64,000 bases of DNA from Anaerolineales bacterium (GCA_003105035.1 PQAL01000002.1:128445-192444); one strand, 5' to 3'. Counted from the first letter of the stretch, positions 25,952 through 35,603 are shown. The notes: generated by a model from the letters alone, not told the origin. A program made the numbers and translations.

Positions 25952-27277
25952 TTATGATCTCATGCTGGGGGTGGCTGCCCAGTTTTTCCAGAACTGTGGC
26001 AGGTAAATCCGGTTGGTTACCAGCATGTCATCCAACACAGCCTGGACGCAGTCAGCGGAGGGCCCCAATGGATGGGCAAGCAGGGCCTTGAAGGCTGCAG
26101 ATCTGTCGCCGTGAACGGCGGCTTCCACGGTGAGCAGCTCGTAAGATTTGACCTGTGCCAGCAGACCAAAGCATACCTCGGGCAGTGGTTCGGTTGGCAT
26201 GGGATGGACACCGCTTTTATCCACCAGGCAGGGCATCTCCAGCACCCAATCTTCCGGCCAGCCTTTCACCGTGCCGCGGTGGGCAGTATTAACAATGTGG
26301 GTTTCACTCAGGTTGTTATGATGGGCGTTCAATAACTGGGTGGCGACTGTGGAATAATATGCCCCGCCACGCTGCAATAAATCGGCTGGTGGAGAGGTGA
26401 GAGATGGGTCGGCATACTGCCTGAGCAAGTCCTTTTCAATCTTGAGTACTTCTTCGCCGCGTGACGGTGGCCATTTTTGCTGTTCTTTGAGCTTATGGTC
26501 GGTAAAGTAATAATACTGCAGGTAATAGTTGGGTAGCATCCCCAACACCTCGATGGTGCGAATGTCCCACTCCGCTTCTGGGTCGGAGCGTAGCTTTTCC
26601 AGAGTGGCTTCAATTACCTGCGGCCAGATCTCCTGGCCGTCAATGGTGAAGCCCCGGTGCCAGGAGAGGTGGTTCAGGCCGAGCGTGTTCAGCTCTACCC
26701 GTTCGGGGGGGACGTCGCTGCCGACCACCTGCTTCAATTCTTCCAGAATGGCCATCTTCGTGGTGATGGCCACGTTGCATACCCCCACCGATGGGACATC
26801 AGGTGCGAATTTTTGTATCGCCTGCGTGACGAGACCGGCCGGGTTGGTGAAGTTTACCAGGAGCGCTCCCGGCTTCGCATATTGGCGTATGTCTTCGGCC
26901 ACACTTAAGATGACCGGGATCGTGCGCAGCGCCTTGGCCATCCCACCTACGCCAGTGGTCTCCTGGCCGATCAAGCCGTTACGCTGACCCAGGTACTCAT
27001 CCGCCACGCGGGCGGGCATCTGCCCTACCCTGAGCTGGGTGATGACATAAGAGGCATCCGTTATCGCTGCCTGCTGGTTGGTGGTTAGCATCACCTTGAA
27101 CGGCGCACCCCTTGCCTGCACCATGCGCTGGGCGAAGCCACCCACGATGGACAGGCGCTTCTGGTTGATGTCCATCAGACACAGCTCGCTGACCGGCAGC
27201 GTGGCGGTGCGCTCAAGGAAGCCATTGACCAGCTCAGGTGTATAAGTAGATCCGCCACCAATGACGGAGATTTTCAC
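25952..27277 (-). CDS. GH4 family 6-phospho-beta-glucosidase (ChbF/LicH-like)
   Basis: 'MKISVIGGGSTYTPELV', 'TQLRVGQMPARVADE', 'GQETTGVGGMAKALRTIPV' and 'NFTNPAG' align with ChbF-type enzymes. Confidence 0.9.
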   Translation of the reverse strand: MKISVIGGGSTYTPELVNGFLERTATLPVSELCLMDINQKRLSIVGGFAQRMVQARGAPFKVMLTTNQQAAITDASYVITQLRVGQMPARVADEYLGQRNGLIGQETTGVGGMAKALRTIPVILSVAEDIRQYAKPGALLVNFTNPAGLVTQAIQKFAPDVPSVGVCNVAITTKMAILEELKQVVGSDVPPERVELNTLGLNHLSWHRGFTIDGQEIWPQVIEATLEKLRSDPEAEWDIRTIEVLGMLPNYYLQYYYFTDHKLKEQQKWPPSRGEEVLKIEKDLLRQYADPSLTSPPADLLQRGGAYYSTVATQLLNAHHNNLSETHIVNTAHRGTVKGWPEDWVLEMPCLVDKSGVHPMPTEPLPEVCFGLLAQVKSYELLTVEAAVHGDRSAAFKALLAHPLGPSADCVQAVLDDMLVTNRIYLPQFWKNWAATPSMRS

Positions 27278-27327
27278 CAGTTAATTCCTTGTGAATCGAA
27301 AGTAGTTATCTACTTATTAATTATTGC

Positions 27328-27552
27328 TTATTGCACGTTCAAGTATTTGAGTAGCTCATAAACCAAGAAAATAGGCCACACGATGCCCTTCAAGAATCCC
27401 AGCACACCGAGCCAGAATGTGGTCGCCTGGCCAATGAAATATATCCAGGCTCCGATCAGCCCCAGCCCATAGACTGCGCCACCGCCGCCATCACGGTAGA
27501 TCACCTTAGGTTTTTCGCGGATGATTTGAATAGGGGTGTTGTCTGTGGTCAT
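27328..27552 (-). CDS. Hypothetical small membrane protein
   Basis: 74 aa with two hydrophobic helices. SD 'aggagg' lies upstream. Confidence 0.55.
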   Translation of the reverse strand: MTTDNTPIQIIREKPKVIYRDGGGGAVYGLGLIGAWIYFIGQATTFWLGVLGFLKGIVWPIFLVYELLKYLNVQ

Positions 27553-27685
27553 TTTAACCTCCTGATTTGATTTTCCTTCTCATAGAATGTATACGGTTAT
27601 AAGCCCTGAAGGTTACATGAGCATGCTTTTCCATCCCTGTAAAAGTTCCAAAGGGAATCACCGTTCTATCCTTGCTGGTTCTGAT

Positions 27686-28357
27686 TTACTTAAATTTTAG
27701 ATACTCCATCCTTGACCTGGACAAATCCGCATATATCCCCCGATATTTTTCCGGCATTACCATGGCCAGCTGGTACATCATTTCATCCATGATTCGCTGG
27801 CGTACCTTTTTGGTCACCTGCTCACCCCGGGTATCCAGGTAGAATGGTTTGCCAACCGTCAGGTGAAAATCAGTGCGCTTCAGTTTACGCAGGTTAGCCG
27901 TGTAATTTTCTGCACCGAAATACCCCACGGGAATCAGTGGCGCCCCACTATGCAGTGCCAGCAACACCACACCTGGATGGGCACCTTGCAGCTGGCCATC
28001 GTGACTGCGGGTGCCTTCTGGTGCAATGATGAGCATCTCACCCCTCCCGAGGGCCTCGAGTCCCATGCGGATGGCTGGCAGATCAGCCTCGCCGCGGTGC
28101 AAGGGGATGGTCTCAGTCACGTCGAATACCCAATTCATCACCGGGATCTTCCACCGCTCCGCCAGCAGCATGCCATGTACCTTGCGTGGTTGCAGGTGGG
28201 TGTAGATGATGGGGATCTCGAGGACATTGACGTGGTTGGTGTAGATGATGAGTGGTCCGTGTGCTGGGATGCTGTACAGCTCCTGATCGTGAATTCGACA
28301 GATCAGGTTGGTGAGCCCTTTAAAGAAGATAACGACAGAGTGCTGAGAGATGCTCAC
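27686..28357 (-). CDS. Lysophospholipid (1-acyl-sn-glycerol-3-phosphate) acyltransferase family protein
   Basis: 'YTNHVNVLE' (a variant of the H-x4-D/E box) and 'IAPEGTRS'. The GTG start overlaps the upstream TGA (GTGA). Confidence 0.8.
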   Translation of the reverse strand: MSISQHSVVIFFKGLTNLICRIHDQELYSIPAHGPLIIYTNHVNVLEIPIIYTHLQPRKVHGMLLAERWKIPVMNWVFDVTETIPLHRGEADLPAIRMGLEALGRGEMLIIAPEGTRSHDGQLQGAHPGVVLLALHSGAPLIPVGYFGAENYTANLRKLKRTDFHLTVGKPFYLDTRGEQVTKKVRQRIMDEMMYQLAMVMPEKYRGIYADLSRSRMEYLKFK

Positions 28358-29295
28358 GCGGCTGCCTGGGGTGGTTTGTAAATGATCTCCAACTGGCGTG
28401 GCAGGACTTCAATCTCCAACCGGGTGCCTGTTTCGCTGATGATCTCCCCGTCTGTCTGGGCTGGCAGAGGTCCGTCCTGGGCGGTGATGGTAATCCGCTT
28501 TGCCTGCCCGGTCTTAATCGTTGGCTGGGTGGCCTGGTCGCCCTTGGTGAAGTGCGGGATCATCTTGATCACGTTCAGAGAGCTCATCTGCTCGGCTATG
28601 CACAGGTCGAACAAACCGTCATCCGGCTGCGATTTGGGAGCCATGAGGAAACCTCCACCCAACCGGCGCCCGTTCATGATCGAGATCAGTAACGAGCGTT
28701 GGGTGATGGTGCTCCCGTCGAACTCGATGGCAGCCAGGGGGGCTTTGTTGTACAAGAATACGGTTTTAAGCACAGCTGCCATGAATGCCAGGTAACCTCC
28801 CCAGCGGGGAAGCCTGTGTACTTCAATGGTGGTAATGGCATCAAAGCCAACGCCCACGCAGTTGCAGAAGAAGCGCCCTTCCGGCACCAGGCCGCCCGAG
28901 ACTCGGCCGATATCCACGATGCGCCGCTGATCAGCCAACAGGGCCTGGAGTCCGCCAGCCAGGTCCTCAGGGATGCCCACGCTGCCTGCAAAATCATTCC
29001 CTCGCCCCACGCACAGCACACCCATGGGAGGAATGGCCTGGCCTTCAAGCTTGCATTGCATCAGTCCATTGACCACCTCATTCACCGTGCCATCTCCACC
29101 TGCGGCAACAACCGCCCCGCAGCCTTCCTTCACCGCCTGGCGGGTCAGTTCAATACCGTGCCCGATGCCTTCCGTGAGGGTAAGCTGATAACTTACCTTA
29201 GTTTGCTTGAGTAGCTCTTCAAGCTGGGGCAGGGATTTTTGTCCGTTGCCGTTGCCTGCGGTAGGATTCAGGATGATCTTGTAGGTTTTGGTCAT
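28354..29295 (-). CDS. Diacylglycerol/lipid kinase family protein (YegS/DagK-like)
   Basis: 'VVAAGGDGTVNEVVNG' and the overall DAGK catalytic and accessory domain layout. Confidence 0.9.
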   Translation of the reverse strand: MTKTYKIILNPTAGNGNGQKSLPQLEELLKQTKVSYQLTLTEGIGHGIELTRQAVKEGCGAVVAAGGDGTVNEVVNGLMQCKLEGQAIPPMGVLCVGRGNDFAGSVGIPEDLAGGLQALLADQRRIVDIGRVSGGLVPEGRFFCNCVGVGFDAITTIEVHRLPRWGGYLAFMAAVLKTVFLYNKAPLAAIEFDGSTITQRSLLISIMNGRRLGGGFLMAPKSQPDDGLFDLCIAEQMSSLNVIKMIPHFTKGDQATQPTIKTGQAKRITITAQDGPLPAQTDGEIISETGTRLEIEVLPRQLEIIYKPPQAAA

Positions 29296-29379
29296 TCGCC
29301 GATTATATCAACCTCCCGGTGTTTAGCTATAAGAATTTCTTGCCTTCGCAGGCGTTCGGTAGTAAATTTAGACATCCGA

Positions 29380-30174
29380 ATGAGAACGTGGAGTTTTACA
29401 TTGAATAACACCCATATGCCAGTTTTGTTTCTCGGGCATGGCAGCCCCATGAATGCCATCGAAGATAACGAGTTCAGCCAGGCCTGGGAGCAGGTAGCTA
29501 AGCAAATCCCACGGCCTGAAGCCATCCTGTGCATCTCCGCCCATTGGGAAACCCGCGGCGCCCAGGTCACTGCCATGGAAAACCCCCGAACTATCCACGA
29601 TTTCTACGGTTTTCCGGATGAACTGTTCCGTAAACAGTATCCTGCTCCGGGCTCGCAAGCCCTCGCTGAACAGATTATCCAGTTGTCAGGTACCTCGAAG
29701 GTGGAGCGTGACCATAACTGGGGGTTGGACCATGGGACGTGGTCGGTATTATGCCGCATGTATCCCGCCGCCGATATACCCGTGGTGCAGCTAAGCCTGG
29801 ATCGCAACCTCGAACCTGCCGATCACTACCAGCTCAGCCGATACCTCAAGCCTTTACGGCATGCAGGGGTACTGGTGGTGGGGAGTGGAAATATCGTTCA
29901 CAACTTGCGCGTGCTGGTGTGGGAAGACAGAGCTTTTGATTGGGCGGTTGAGTATGACTTGAAAGTAAAGCAGTGGATCCTGGAAGATGACCATGAATCG
30001 GTGATCCATTATGAGAAATATGGCCAGGCAGCTCTCCTGGCGGTGAATTCAGCTGAACACTACCTGCCCTTGCTTTACACCCTTGGGTTAAGAGAAAAAG
30101 GCGAGCCGGTCAGTTTCTTCACTGACAAGGTCACCTATGGCTCACTTTCAATGCGTTGTATACGCATCGGGTAA
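29380..30174 (+). CDS. 4,5-DOPA dioxygenase extradiol-like (YgiD family)
   Basis: 'MPVLFLGHGSPMNAIEDN', 'ISAHWET' and 'NWGLDHGTW'. The track N-terminus (29239) is an antisense extension. The start is ATG 29380 or ATG 29416. Confidence 0.85.
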   Translation: MRTWSFTLNNTHMPVLFLGHGSPMNAIEDNEFSQAWEQVAKQIPRPEAILCISAHWETRGAQVTAMENPRTIHDFYGFPDELFRKQYPAPGSQALAEQIIQLSGTSKVERDHNWGLDHGTWSVLCRMYPAADIPVVQLSLDRNLEPADHYQLSRYLKPLRHAGVLVVGSGNIVHNLRVLVWEDRAFDWAVEYDLKVKQWILEDDHESVIHYEKYGQAALLAVNSAEHYLPLLYTLGLREKGEPVSFFTDKVTYGSLSMRCIRIG

Positions 30175-30297
30175 AAAGGCTGTACAAAACCGCACAGCCA
30201 CCACTCAGCTAACCCATGCATTTTGATATGGTGCAGATGACATAAATGGGAAGCGAACATCATGCACAGCCGATCTATATGACGCCGGAGGTTTGAT

Positions 30298-30621
30298 ATG
30301 TTGTACTGGTTCTATCTACTGATTGCCATCCTGACCGAAGTGATCGGCACAACGATGATGAAGGTTTCACAAGGGCTGACAAAGCTGCTGCCTTCGGCGC
30401 TGATGTTTGCCATGTATATCATCAGCTTTGTTTTCATGGCTTTCGCACTCAAGAAAATTGAGGTGAGCACCGCTTATGCCATCTGGTCCGGGTTGGGCAC
30501 TGCCCTGATCGCCACAATCGGCATCCTGGCCTTCCGCGAATCGTTTACCATTCCCAAGCTTGCAGGCATCGTATTGATTATCGGTGGCGTGGTATTGTTG
30601 AATCTAAAGGGAGCTGGGTAA
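30298..30621 (+). CDS. SMR family multidrug efflux transporter (EmrE/QacE-like)
   Basis: 107 aa with 4 TM. The conserved membrane Glu is in 'ILTEVIGTTMMK'. Confidence 0.9.
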   Translation: MLYWFYLLIAILTEVIGTTMMKVSQGLTKLLPSALMFAMYIISFVFMAFALKKIEVSTAYAIWSGLGTALIATIGILAFRESFTIPKLAGIVLIIGGVVLLNLKGAG

Positions 30622-30625
30622 AACA

Positions 30626-31191
30626 GTCAGAACCACTGATTACACTGATTTTGGGATTACACAGATAAAAAGATTGATTTATCTATGTAATCCATCAGTA
30701 GGAACGTAACCTTTTACTATTTATTAGACGCCGAAATTCAAGGCTTTTTGCACCAAAATTAAGCAGTAACCCTATCTGTAGCTGGTATGCCTCAAGATAG
30801 TTTATTGCCTGTGCCAGATGAACATCCTCAAGCAAAATAATAGCCTTTATCTCCACCATTACTTTATCTTCTACCAAAAAATCCACCCTGCGTGTACCAA
30901 TCTCCTCACCATCATAATGGATGGGCATTTCAAGTTCTCTCTGAAATGACAATCCTTCCTTACTCATTTCTAGCGCCATCGCACGCTGGTAGATCACCTC
31001 TTGGAAACCATTACCCAATGTGGAATGTACTTTCATCGCTGACCCGATGATCCTCTTTGTAATGTCTGAATATTTATAATTTGGGTCACTCATTTATTGG
31101 TACTATTAAGTTGACTTTTATGAATAGACGGTTCAAAAATGCTGATATTAATTTGCGTAATCCAACAATCAGCTAAATCTGCGGTTCAGAC
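30626..31191. mobile_element. AT-rich cassette carrying the GxxExxY gene, bounded by imperfect 15-bp inverted repeats and GATTACRC motifs
   Basis: IR-L 'gtcagaaccactgat' (30626-30640) matches the reverse complement of IR-R 'atctgcggttcagac' (31177-31191) at 12 of 15 positions. 'GATTACAC(T/A)GAT'-type motifs lie at 30639, 30655, 30681 (reverse complement) and 31151 (reverse complement). The cassette is visibly AT-richer than its flanks. Confidence 0.35.
30695..31093 (-). CDS. GxxExxY protein (PD-(D/E)XK nuclease superfamily)
   Basis: 132 aa. 'GNGFQEVIYQRAMALEM' is the GxxExxY motif. 'VDFLVEDKVMVEIKA' is the D..E.K core. C-terminal 'LLLNFGAKSLEFRRLI'. Confidence 0.85.
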   Translation of the reverse strand: MSDPNYKYSDITKRIIGSAMKVHSTLGNGFQEVIYQRAMALEMSKEGLSFQRELEMPIHYDGEEIGTRRVDFLVEDKVMVEIKAIILLEDVHLAQAINYLEAYQLQIGLLLNFGAKSLEFRRLINSKRLRSY

Positions 31192-31806
31192 TTCTCTCTC
31201 CACCGCTTGTCTCCCCTGCTCAAACGCTTGGCGGTTCAGCTCCGCATACTTGGGCGGCACCCTGCCGATGATAACCTTTAGCCAGGTATCGGCGGAAAGC
31301 TCGTCGCCGGACAGCCCCTCCCGCTCCATGAGCGCCGAGAGCGCTCCGAGCAGCACCACATTTGCTGCGCGGATATTGCCCAGCGACTGGGCGATGGCTT
31401 CTCCATCCACATAAACCACCTGGGCAGTAACCTCAGCGATCTTCTGGTGCAGGGTGGCATCATCCGGGTAGGATTGACCTCCGGAGGTGACCGTCACCGG
31501 CTCAATAGCTGCCAGGTTGACCAATGCCAGAGCCCCCATTCGTAATTGGCACAGGTTGCGCAGGGCTTCGGCTTTCTCAAAGGCTAAAAAGACATCTACT
31601 TCGCCTGCCCCCACCAAAGGAGAATGTACTGTGCGGCCCCAGCGTACGTAGCTGGTCACGCTACCGCCGCGCTGCGACATGCCATGTACTTCAGCCTGCT
31701 TGGCCTGCAGGCCTGCTGCCAACCCCACATTGACCAGTACATCGGAGGCCAGGATGGTGCCCTGACCGCCGACACCTGCCAGGAGGAAGTTGATTGAATC
31801 TCTCAT
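31186..31806 (-). CDS. iorB: Indolepyruvate ferredoxin oxidoreductase subunit beta
   Basis: Family sequence begins at ATG 31806 ('MRDSINFLLAGVGGQGTILAS'), 1 nt after the iorA stop. The track extension to 31899 overlaps iorA. Confidence 0.85.
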   Translation of the reverse strand: MRDSINFLLAGVGGQGTILASDVLVNVGLAAGLQAKQAEVHGMSQRGGSVTSYVRWGRTVHSPLVGAGEVDVFLAFEKAEALRNLCQLRMGALALVNLAAIEPVTVTSGGQSYPDDATLHQKIAEVTAQVVYVDGEAIAQSLGNIRAANVVLLGALSALMEREGLSGDELSADTWLKVIIGRVPPKYAELNRQAFEQGRQAVEREV

Positions 31807-31807
31807 T

Positions 31808-33607
31808 TCACACCTCTTCCATTTCCACAGGCCTGAACGTGATTGCATCGCGCGGGCAGAGTTGGGCACACACCTCACACCCGGTGCATAATGTGGCATC
31901 GATCAGTGCTTTCGGGCGCTGTAGACGGGCATCCAGCTCATCACTCTTCAGTATGGCCGGGCAGCCGATACGGAAGCACAAAGCACAGCCGTTGCATTGA
32001 TCCGACAGGACCTCCAGCGGCACCCAGCGCTTGCGCACTTCAGGTAGCAGCACGCATGGTTCCAGTGTAATCAATACCGCCGGCTCGTCCTGTTTGATAT
32101 ATTCCTTCAGCGTGCTCTCAATTTCTTCCACGTTATACGCCGGCACCGTTTTCACATGTCTTATACCCAACGAACGCACCAGCGGCTCAAGCTCGATCAC
32201 GGTAGTCGGTTTGCCCTGTAATGTAAAGCCGGTACCTGGATTCTGCTGGTGGCCGGTCATTCCGGTTACCCGGTTATCCATGATAATGGTGATGACCGGG
32301 CTCTGGTTGTAGACGGTGTTGATCAAAGCGGGGATGCCGGTATGGAAGAAGGTCGAATCACCAATGACCGCCACATGATGTTCCGGGCTGCCGGCTTTGG
32401 CTGCACCGTGAGCTACGGCGATGCTGGCCCCCATGCACCCGCAGGAGTGGATGGCACTCAGCGGTGGGATCAACCCCAGGGTATAACAGCCAATATCCCC
32501 GTTGACCGGCACCTTGAGCTTATTGAGCACATAGAATACACCGCGGTGAGGACAACCTGGGCAGAGCACTGGCGGTCGGGCTGGCAGGGGTCCAACCTCT
32601 ACTTCTGGTAGCGCGACGTGCTGATTAGCAGGTAACAAACCCGCCTGGATGGCTGCCTCACGCACCACGCGTGGGTCCAGCTCGCCCATCAAGGGGAAAA
32701 TACTCTTGCCTTCCACTTCGATGCCCATCAGGCGGATGGCTTCCTCCAGGAACGGATCGAGCTCTTCAATGACGATCAACCTCTTCACTGAAGCTGCGAA
32801 CTTCCGAATCATTTGATCGGGGATCGGCCAGGTCATCCCCAAGTGCAGGATGGAAGCGTGCGGGAACACTTCCTTGGCGTACTGGTAGGCCACACCGCAG
32901 GTGATGATACCCAGGCTGGTATCATCCATTTCAACGTGGTTATAAGGAAAAGTCTCGGCAAAAGCAGCCACGTCGCGCATGCGTTGTTCGATTACCGGGT
33001 GGCGCTTGACCGCGTTACCCGGCACCATCACATATTTGCTCGGGTTGCGCGGGAATGGTTTGGGTTCGCTCGAAGCTGGCTCCACGCGCTCGCCCAGCTC
33101 GACCGCGCTGGTGGAATGGCAGATGCGGGTGGTCAGGCGCAGCAATACCGGGGTGTCGAAGCGCTCGCTCAGACCGAATGCTGCAATGGTCAGATCCTTA
33201 GCTTCCTGGCTGTCGGATGGCTCCAGGCAAGGCACGCGCCCAAACTTGGCAAATGTGCGGTTGTCCTGCTCGTTCTGGCTGGAGTGCATGGCCGGGTCAT
33301 CCGCGGTGACGATTACCAGCCCGGCTTCCATGCCCGTCATGGAGGCGTACATGAAGGAATCTGCTGCCACGTTCAGCCCGACGTGCTTCATAGCTGCCAG
33401 GCCTCTCTTCCCGGCATAGGCAGCCCCAATAGCCACATCCACGGCCACTTTTTCGTTGGGTGCCCATTCCGTGTACACGTTGGGATAATGCACCAGGTCT
33501 TCCAAGATTTCAGTGCTGGGTGTGCCAGGGTAGGCCGAAGCCACAACAACCCCGGCTTCCCAGGCACCACGCGCAACTGCTTCATCCCCTGAGAGCATCT
33601 TGATCAT
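31808..33607 (-). CDS. iorA: Indolepyruvate ferredoxin oxidoreductase subunit alpha
   Basis: 599 aa. TPP-binding 'GDSTFFHTGIPAL'. Two ferredoxin-type clusters, 'CNGCALCFRIGCP' and 'CTGCEVCAQLCP'. Confidence 0.9.
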   Translation of the reverse strand: MIKMLSGDEAVARGAWEAGVVVASAYPGTPSTEILEDLVHYPNVYTEWAPNEKVAVDVAIGAAYAGKRGLAAMKHVGLNVAADSFMYASMTGMEAGLVIVTADDPAMHSSQNEQDNRTFAKFGRVPCLEPSDSQEAKDLTIAAFGLSERFDTPVLLRLTTRICHSTSAVELGERVEPASSEPKPFPRNPSKYVMVPGNAVKRHPVIEQRMRDVAAFAETFPYNHVEMDDTSLGIITCGVAYQYAKEVFPHASILHLGMTWPIPDQMIRKFAASVKRLIVIEELDPFLEEAIRLMGIEVEGKSIFPLMGELDPRVVREAAIQAGLLPANQHVALPEVEVGPLPARPPVLCPGCPHRGVFYVLNKLKVPVNGDIGCYTLGLIPPLSAIHSCGCMGASIAVAHGAAKAGSPEHHVAVIGDSTFFHTGIPALINTVYNQSPVITIIMDNRVTGMTGHQQNPGTGFTLQGKPTTVIELEPLVRSLGIRHVKTVPAYNVEEIESTLKEYIKQDEPAVLITLEPCVLLPEVRKRWVPLEVLSDQCNGCALCFRIGCPAILKSDELDARLQRPKALIDATLCTGCEVCAQLCPRDAITFRPVEMEEV

Positions 33608-33751
33608 GTTACCTCCGAAAATCGCTTGAATTACTGACGGCTTTGCTGGTAATTTTACCTCGTAAGCTCGGATATTTATTATCCGCTAGATGGAGGTGGG
33701 TTTATAGTGATGAATATCAGGAACATGTGGGTATTTATTCACCTGGGTATT

Positions 33752-33782
33752 ATAAAAAAACTCCCGTGAGATTATCACAGGA
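33752..33782 (-). terminator. Intrinsic terminator after the cytochrome c gene
   Basis: The minus strand reads 'cctgtga-taatc-tcacggg' followed by 'agttttttta'. Confidence 0.6.
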
Positions 33783-33826
33783 CGTGAAATTTCTACGAGA
33801 ACCTATGATTACAAAGCAAGTACTGC

Positions 33827-34129
33827 CTATTTTCCGTAATTGGCTGCCAGGTAATTGACCACAGTCGTTTTTTCTTCTGAGGTGAGATTTGCGCCACGTG
33901 CGACCATCTGGTCAACCAATGCGCTCCATTCCGTCGCAGTCAGACGCATGCTCTCAACTCGCGACAAGGGGTGGCACACCGAGCAGCGTTCCTGCACAAG
34001 GGTTGCACCTTCTTGAGATGAGGTTGATGCAGGGGCGGACGTACTGTTAATTGTGCTTGAAGAGCAAGCACTTACGATGACCATGATTGCTACTAACACT
34101 ATTCCTATAAACATCAATGAGTTTTTCAT
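33827..34129 (-). CDS. Small lipoprotein c-type (monoheme) cytochrome
   Basis: Signal peptide with lipobox 'VSAC'. A single 'CSVCH' haem-binding motif. 100 aa. Confidence 0.7.
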   Translation of the reverse strand: MKNSLMFIGIVLVAIMVIVSACSSSTINSTSAPASTSSQEGATLVQERCSVCHPLSRVESMRLTATEWSALVDQMVARGANLTSEEKTTVVNYLAANYGK

Positions 34130-34578
34130 ATTGCCTCCTGGTGATTTATTTAATCACAGCAATTATACGCAGGTACTTGTGTAAATGCTAAGTCTGATTT
34201 TAAATTAGATTAGGAATAATCATTTGTTTAGCTCGGTTGGTTTTTTTGGCTATTAAAATTAATGCTATACTAATGTGGTCTCTTGTCCAGAATAAAAACC
34301 TAATATCATTTTCCCTTAAAAAAGCCGTTATTCAGGTTGGTTACTAGAAGCCCATCTTGATCAGAGTGAATTCTAAGGAGCGAATCCGGAGGAGGAAATA
34401 TACGGGAAACCTAAGTCGATTATCTAACGGGACAGATCGATTGCTTTTGCATTATCGCAGAGCGTAATATCATCAGGCGAGAACTTTGCTAAGCCTTAAT
34501 CATTATATTCGAGGAATTCACTAGCACCCGTCAATCGATCAGCTGTTGGGGTGATCATCTGTCAGAAAGGGGCAAGCT

Positions 34579-35586
34579 ATGCCAGCGATTTTGGAAGTCG
34601 AGAATCTTGTCAAGAAATACGGAGATTTTGAAGCGGTGAAAGGGATCAGCTTCAGCGTTGAGGAGGGAGAAGTGTTCGGCCTGCTTGGGCCGAACGGAGC
34701 CGGAAAAACACAAACCATCTCCATGCTTACCGGCGTGATACCACCGACCTCAGGAACGGCGCGCATTGGTGGATACGACATCCATAAGGAAGCCAATCAG
34801 GTCAAGAAGATCAACGGGTTGGTGCCTCAAGACCTCGCCGTCTATCCAACGCTAAGCGCCCGAGCCAACCTGAACTTCTTTGGGCGTATCTACGGGCTGC
34901 ATGGCAAAGAGCTCAAAGAACGTGTTGATGACGTCTTGAGAGTGGTGGCACTCACCGAACGGGCAGATGGCGTGGTGGATAAGTTTTCAGGGGGGATGAA
35001 GCGCCGGGTCAACATTGCTGCTGGCCTGGTGCATCAGCCGCGTTTGCTCTTCCTGGATGAACCCACAGTGGGGGTAGACCCGCAGAGCCGCAACCATATC
35101 TTTGAGAGCGTGCAGCGCTTGAATCGCGAGCGCGGCATGAGTGTGGTTTACACCAGCCATTACATGGAAGAAGTGGAAACGTTATGCAGCCGGGCTGCCA
35201 TTATCGATGAAGGGCGGATAATTGCCCTCGACACGATTAAAAACCTGATCGGCTTGTTGGGCGGAGGCGTCGTCTATGTAGGCGTCAGCCAGCTTGACGA
35301 TGCCATGTTAGCCCAGATTGGTAGTCTCCCGGCTGTAAGAGAAGCCTTGCTGGTTCCCCAACCGCCCGCCCCACCAGCCCCGGAAGGCAAGGAATCCACG
35401 TTGGAAGCCAAACCGGTCATCGCCAGCCCGGTGGTCAAGATCGTCGCCGAGCAGAACCAGCAGGCCGTGGTGAATGTGTTGGGCTATCTGAATGAGCATG
35501 ATATCGCTATCACCTCCCTTGAGATCATGCAGCCCAACCTGGAAAGTGTTTTCCTGCACCTCACCGGTAAAAAGCTCAGAGAATAG
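34579..35586 (+). CDS. ABC transporter ATP-binding protein (ABC-2/DrrA-like) with a C-terminal extension
   Basis: Walker A 'GPNGAGKTQ', signature 'FSGGMKRR', Walker B 'LFLDEPT'. Confidence 0.95.
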   Translation: MPAILEVENLVKKYGDFEAVKGISFSVEEGEVFGLLGPNGAGKTQTISMLTGVIPPTSGTARIGGYDIHKEANQVKKINGLVPQDLAVYPTLSARANLNFFGRIYGLHGKELKERVDDVLRVVALTERADGVVDKFSGGMKRRVNIAAGLVHQPRLLFLDEPTVGVDPQSRNHIFESVQRLNRERGMSVVYTSHYMEEVETLCSRAAIIDEGRIIALDTIKNLIGLLGGGVVYVGVSQLDDAMLAQIGSLPAVREALLVPQPPAPPAPEGKESTLEAKPVIASPVVKIVAEQNQQAVVNVLGYLNEHDIAITSLEIMQPNLESVFLHLTGKKLRE

Positions 35587-35603
35587 CCAGGGGAGAAACG
35601 ACC

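Noticed and set aside
29239-29379. N-terminal extensions in the ORF track. Examples: 29239 for the dioxygenase, 3149 for PfkB, 8741 for TrmH, 31899 for iorB, 39887, 40787, 42324, 47783 and 62683.
   Set aside because: The extensions overlap neighbouring genes or lack family-like sequence. Internal ATG codons preceded by SD sites coincide with the start of homology, so the shorter models are reported.
30175-30297. Possible guanidine riboswitch (mini-ykkC / ykkC-III) upstream of the SMR gene.
   Set aside because: There is no pair of ACGR-tetraloop hairpins and no recognisable ykkC-III core. The SMR protein also looks more EmrE/Qac-like than Gdx-like.
34383-34399. The 17-nt exact repeat 'aatccggaggaggaaat', also present at 40815-40831 where it is the SD region of the beta-lactamase-family gene.
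   Set aside because: A single 17-mer match in 64 kb on two strands is close to chance expectation, and the sequence is SD-like. At 34383 no start codon follows it, so no functional claim is made.
34130-34578. 450-bp AT-rich intergenic gap, scanned for small ORFs, precursor peptides, tRNAs and known riboswitch cores.
   Set aside because: I could identify no ORF with an SD and start codon, no cloverleaf-like sequence and no recognisable RNA motif. It is probably a promoter or regulatory region for the ABC-2 operon.
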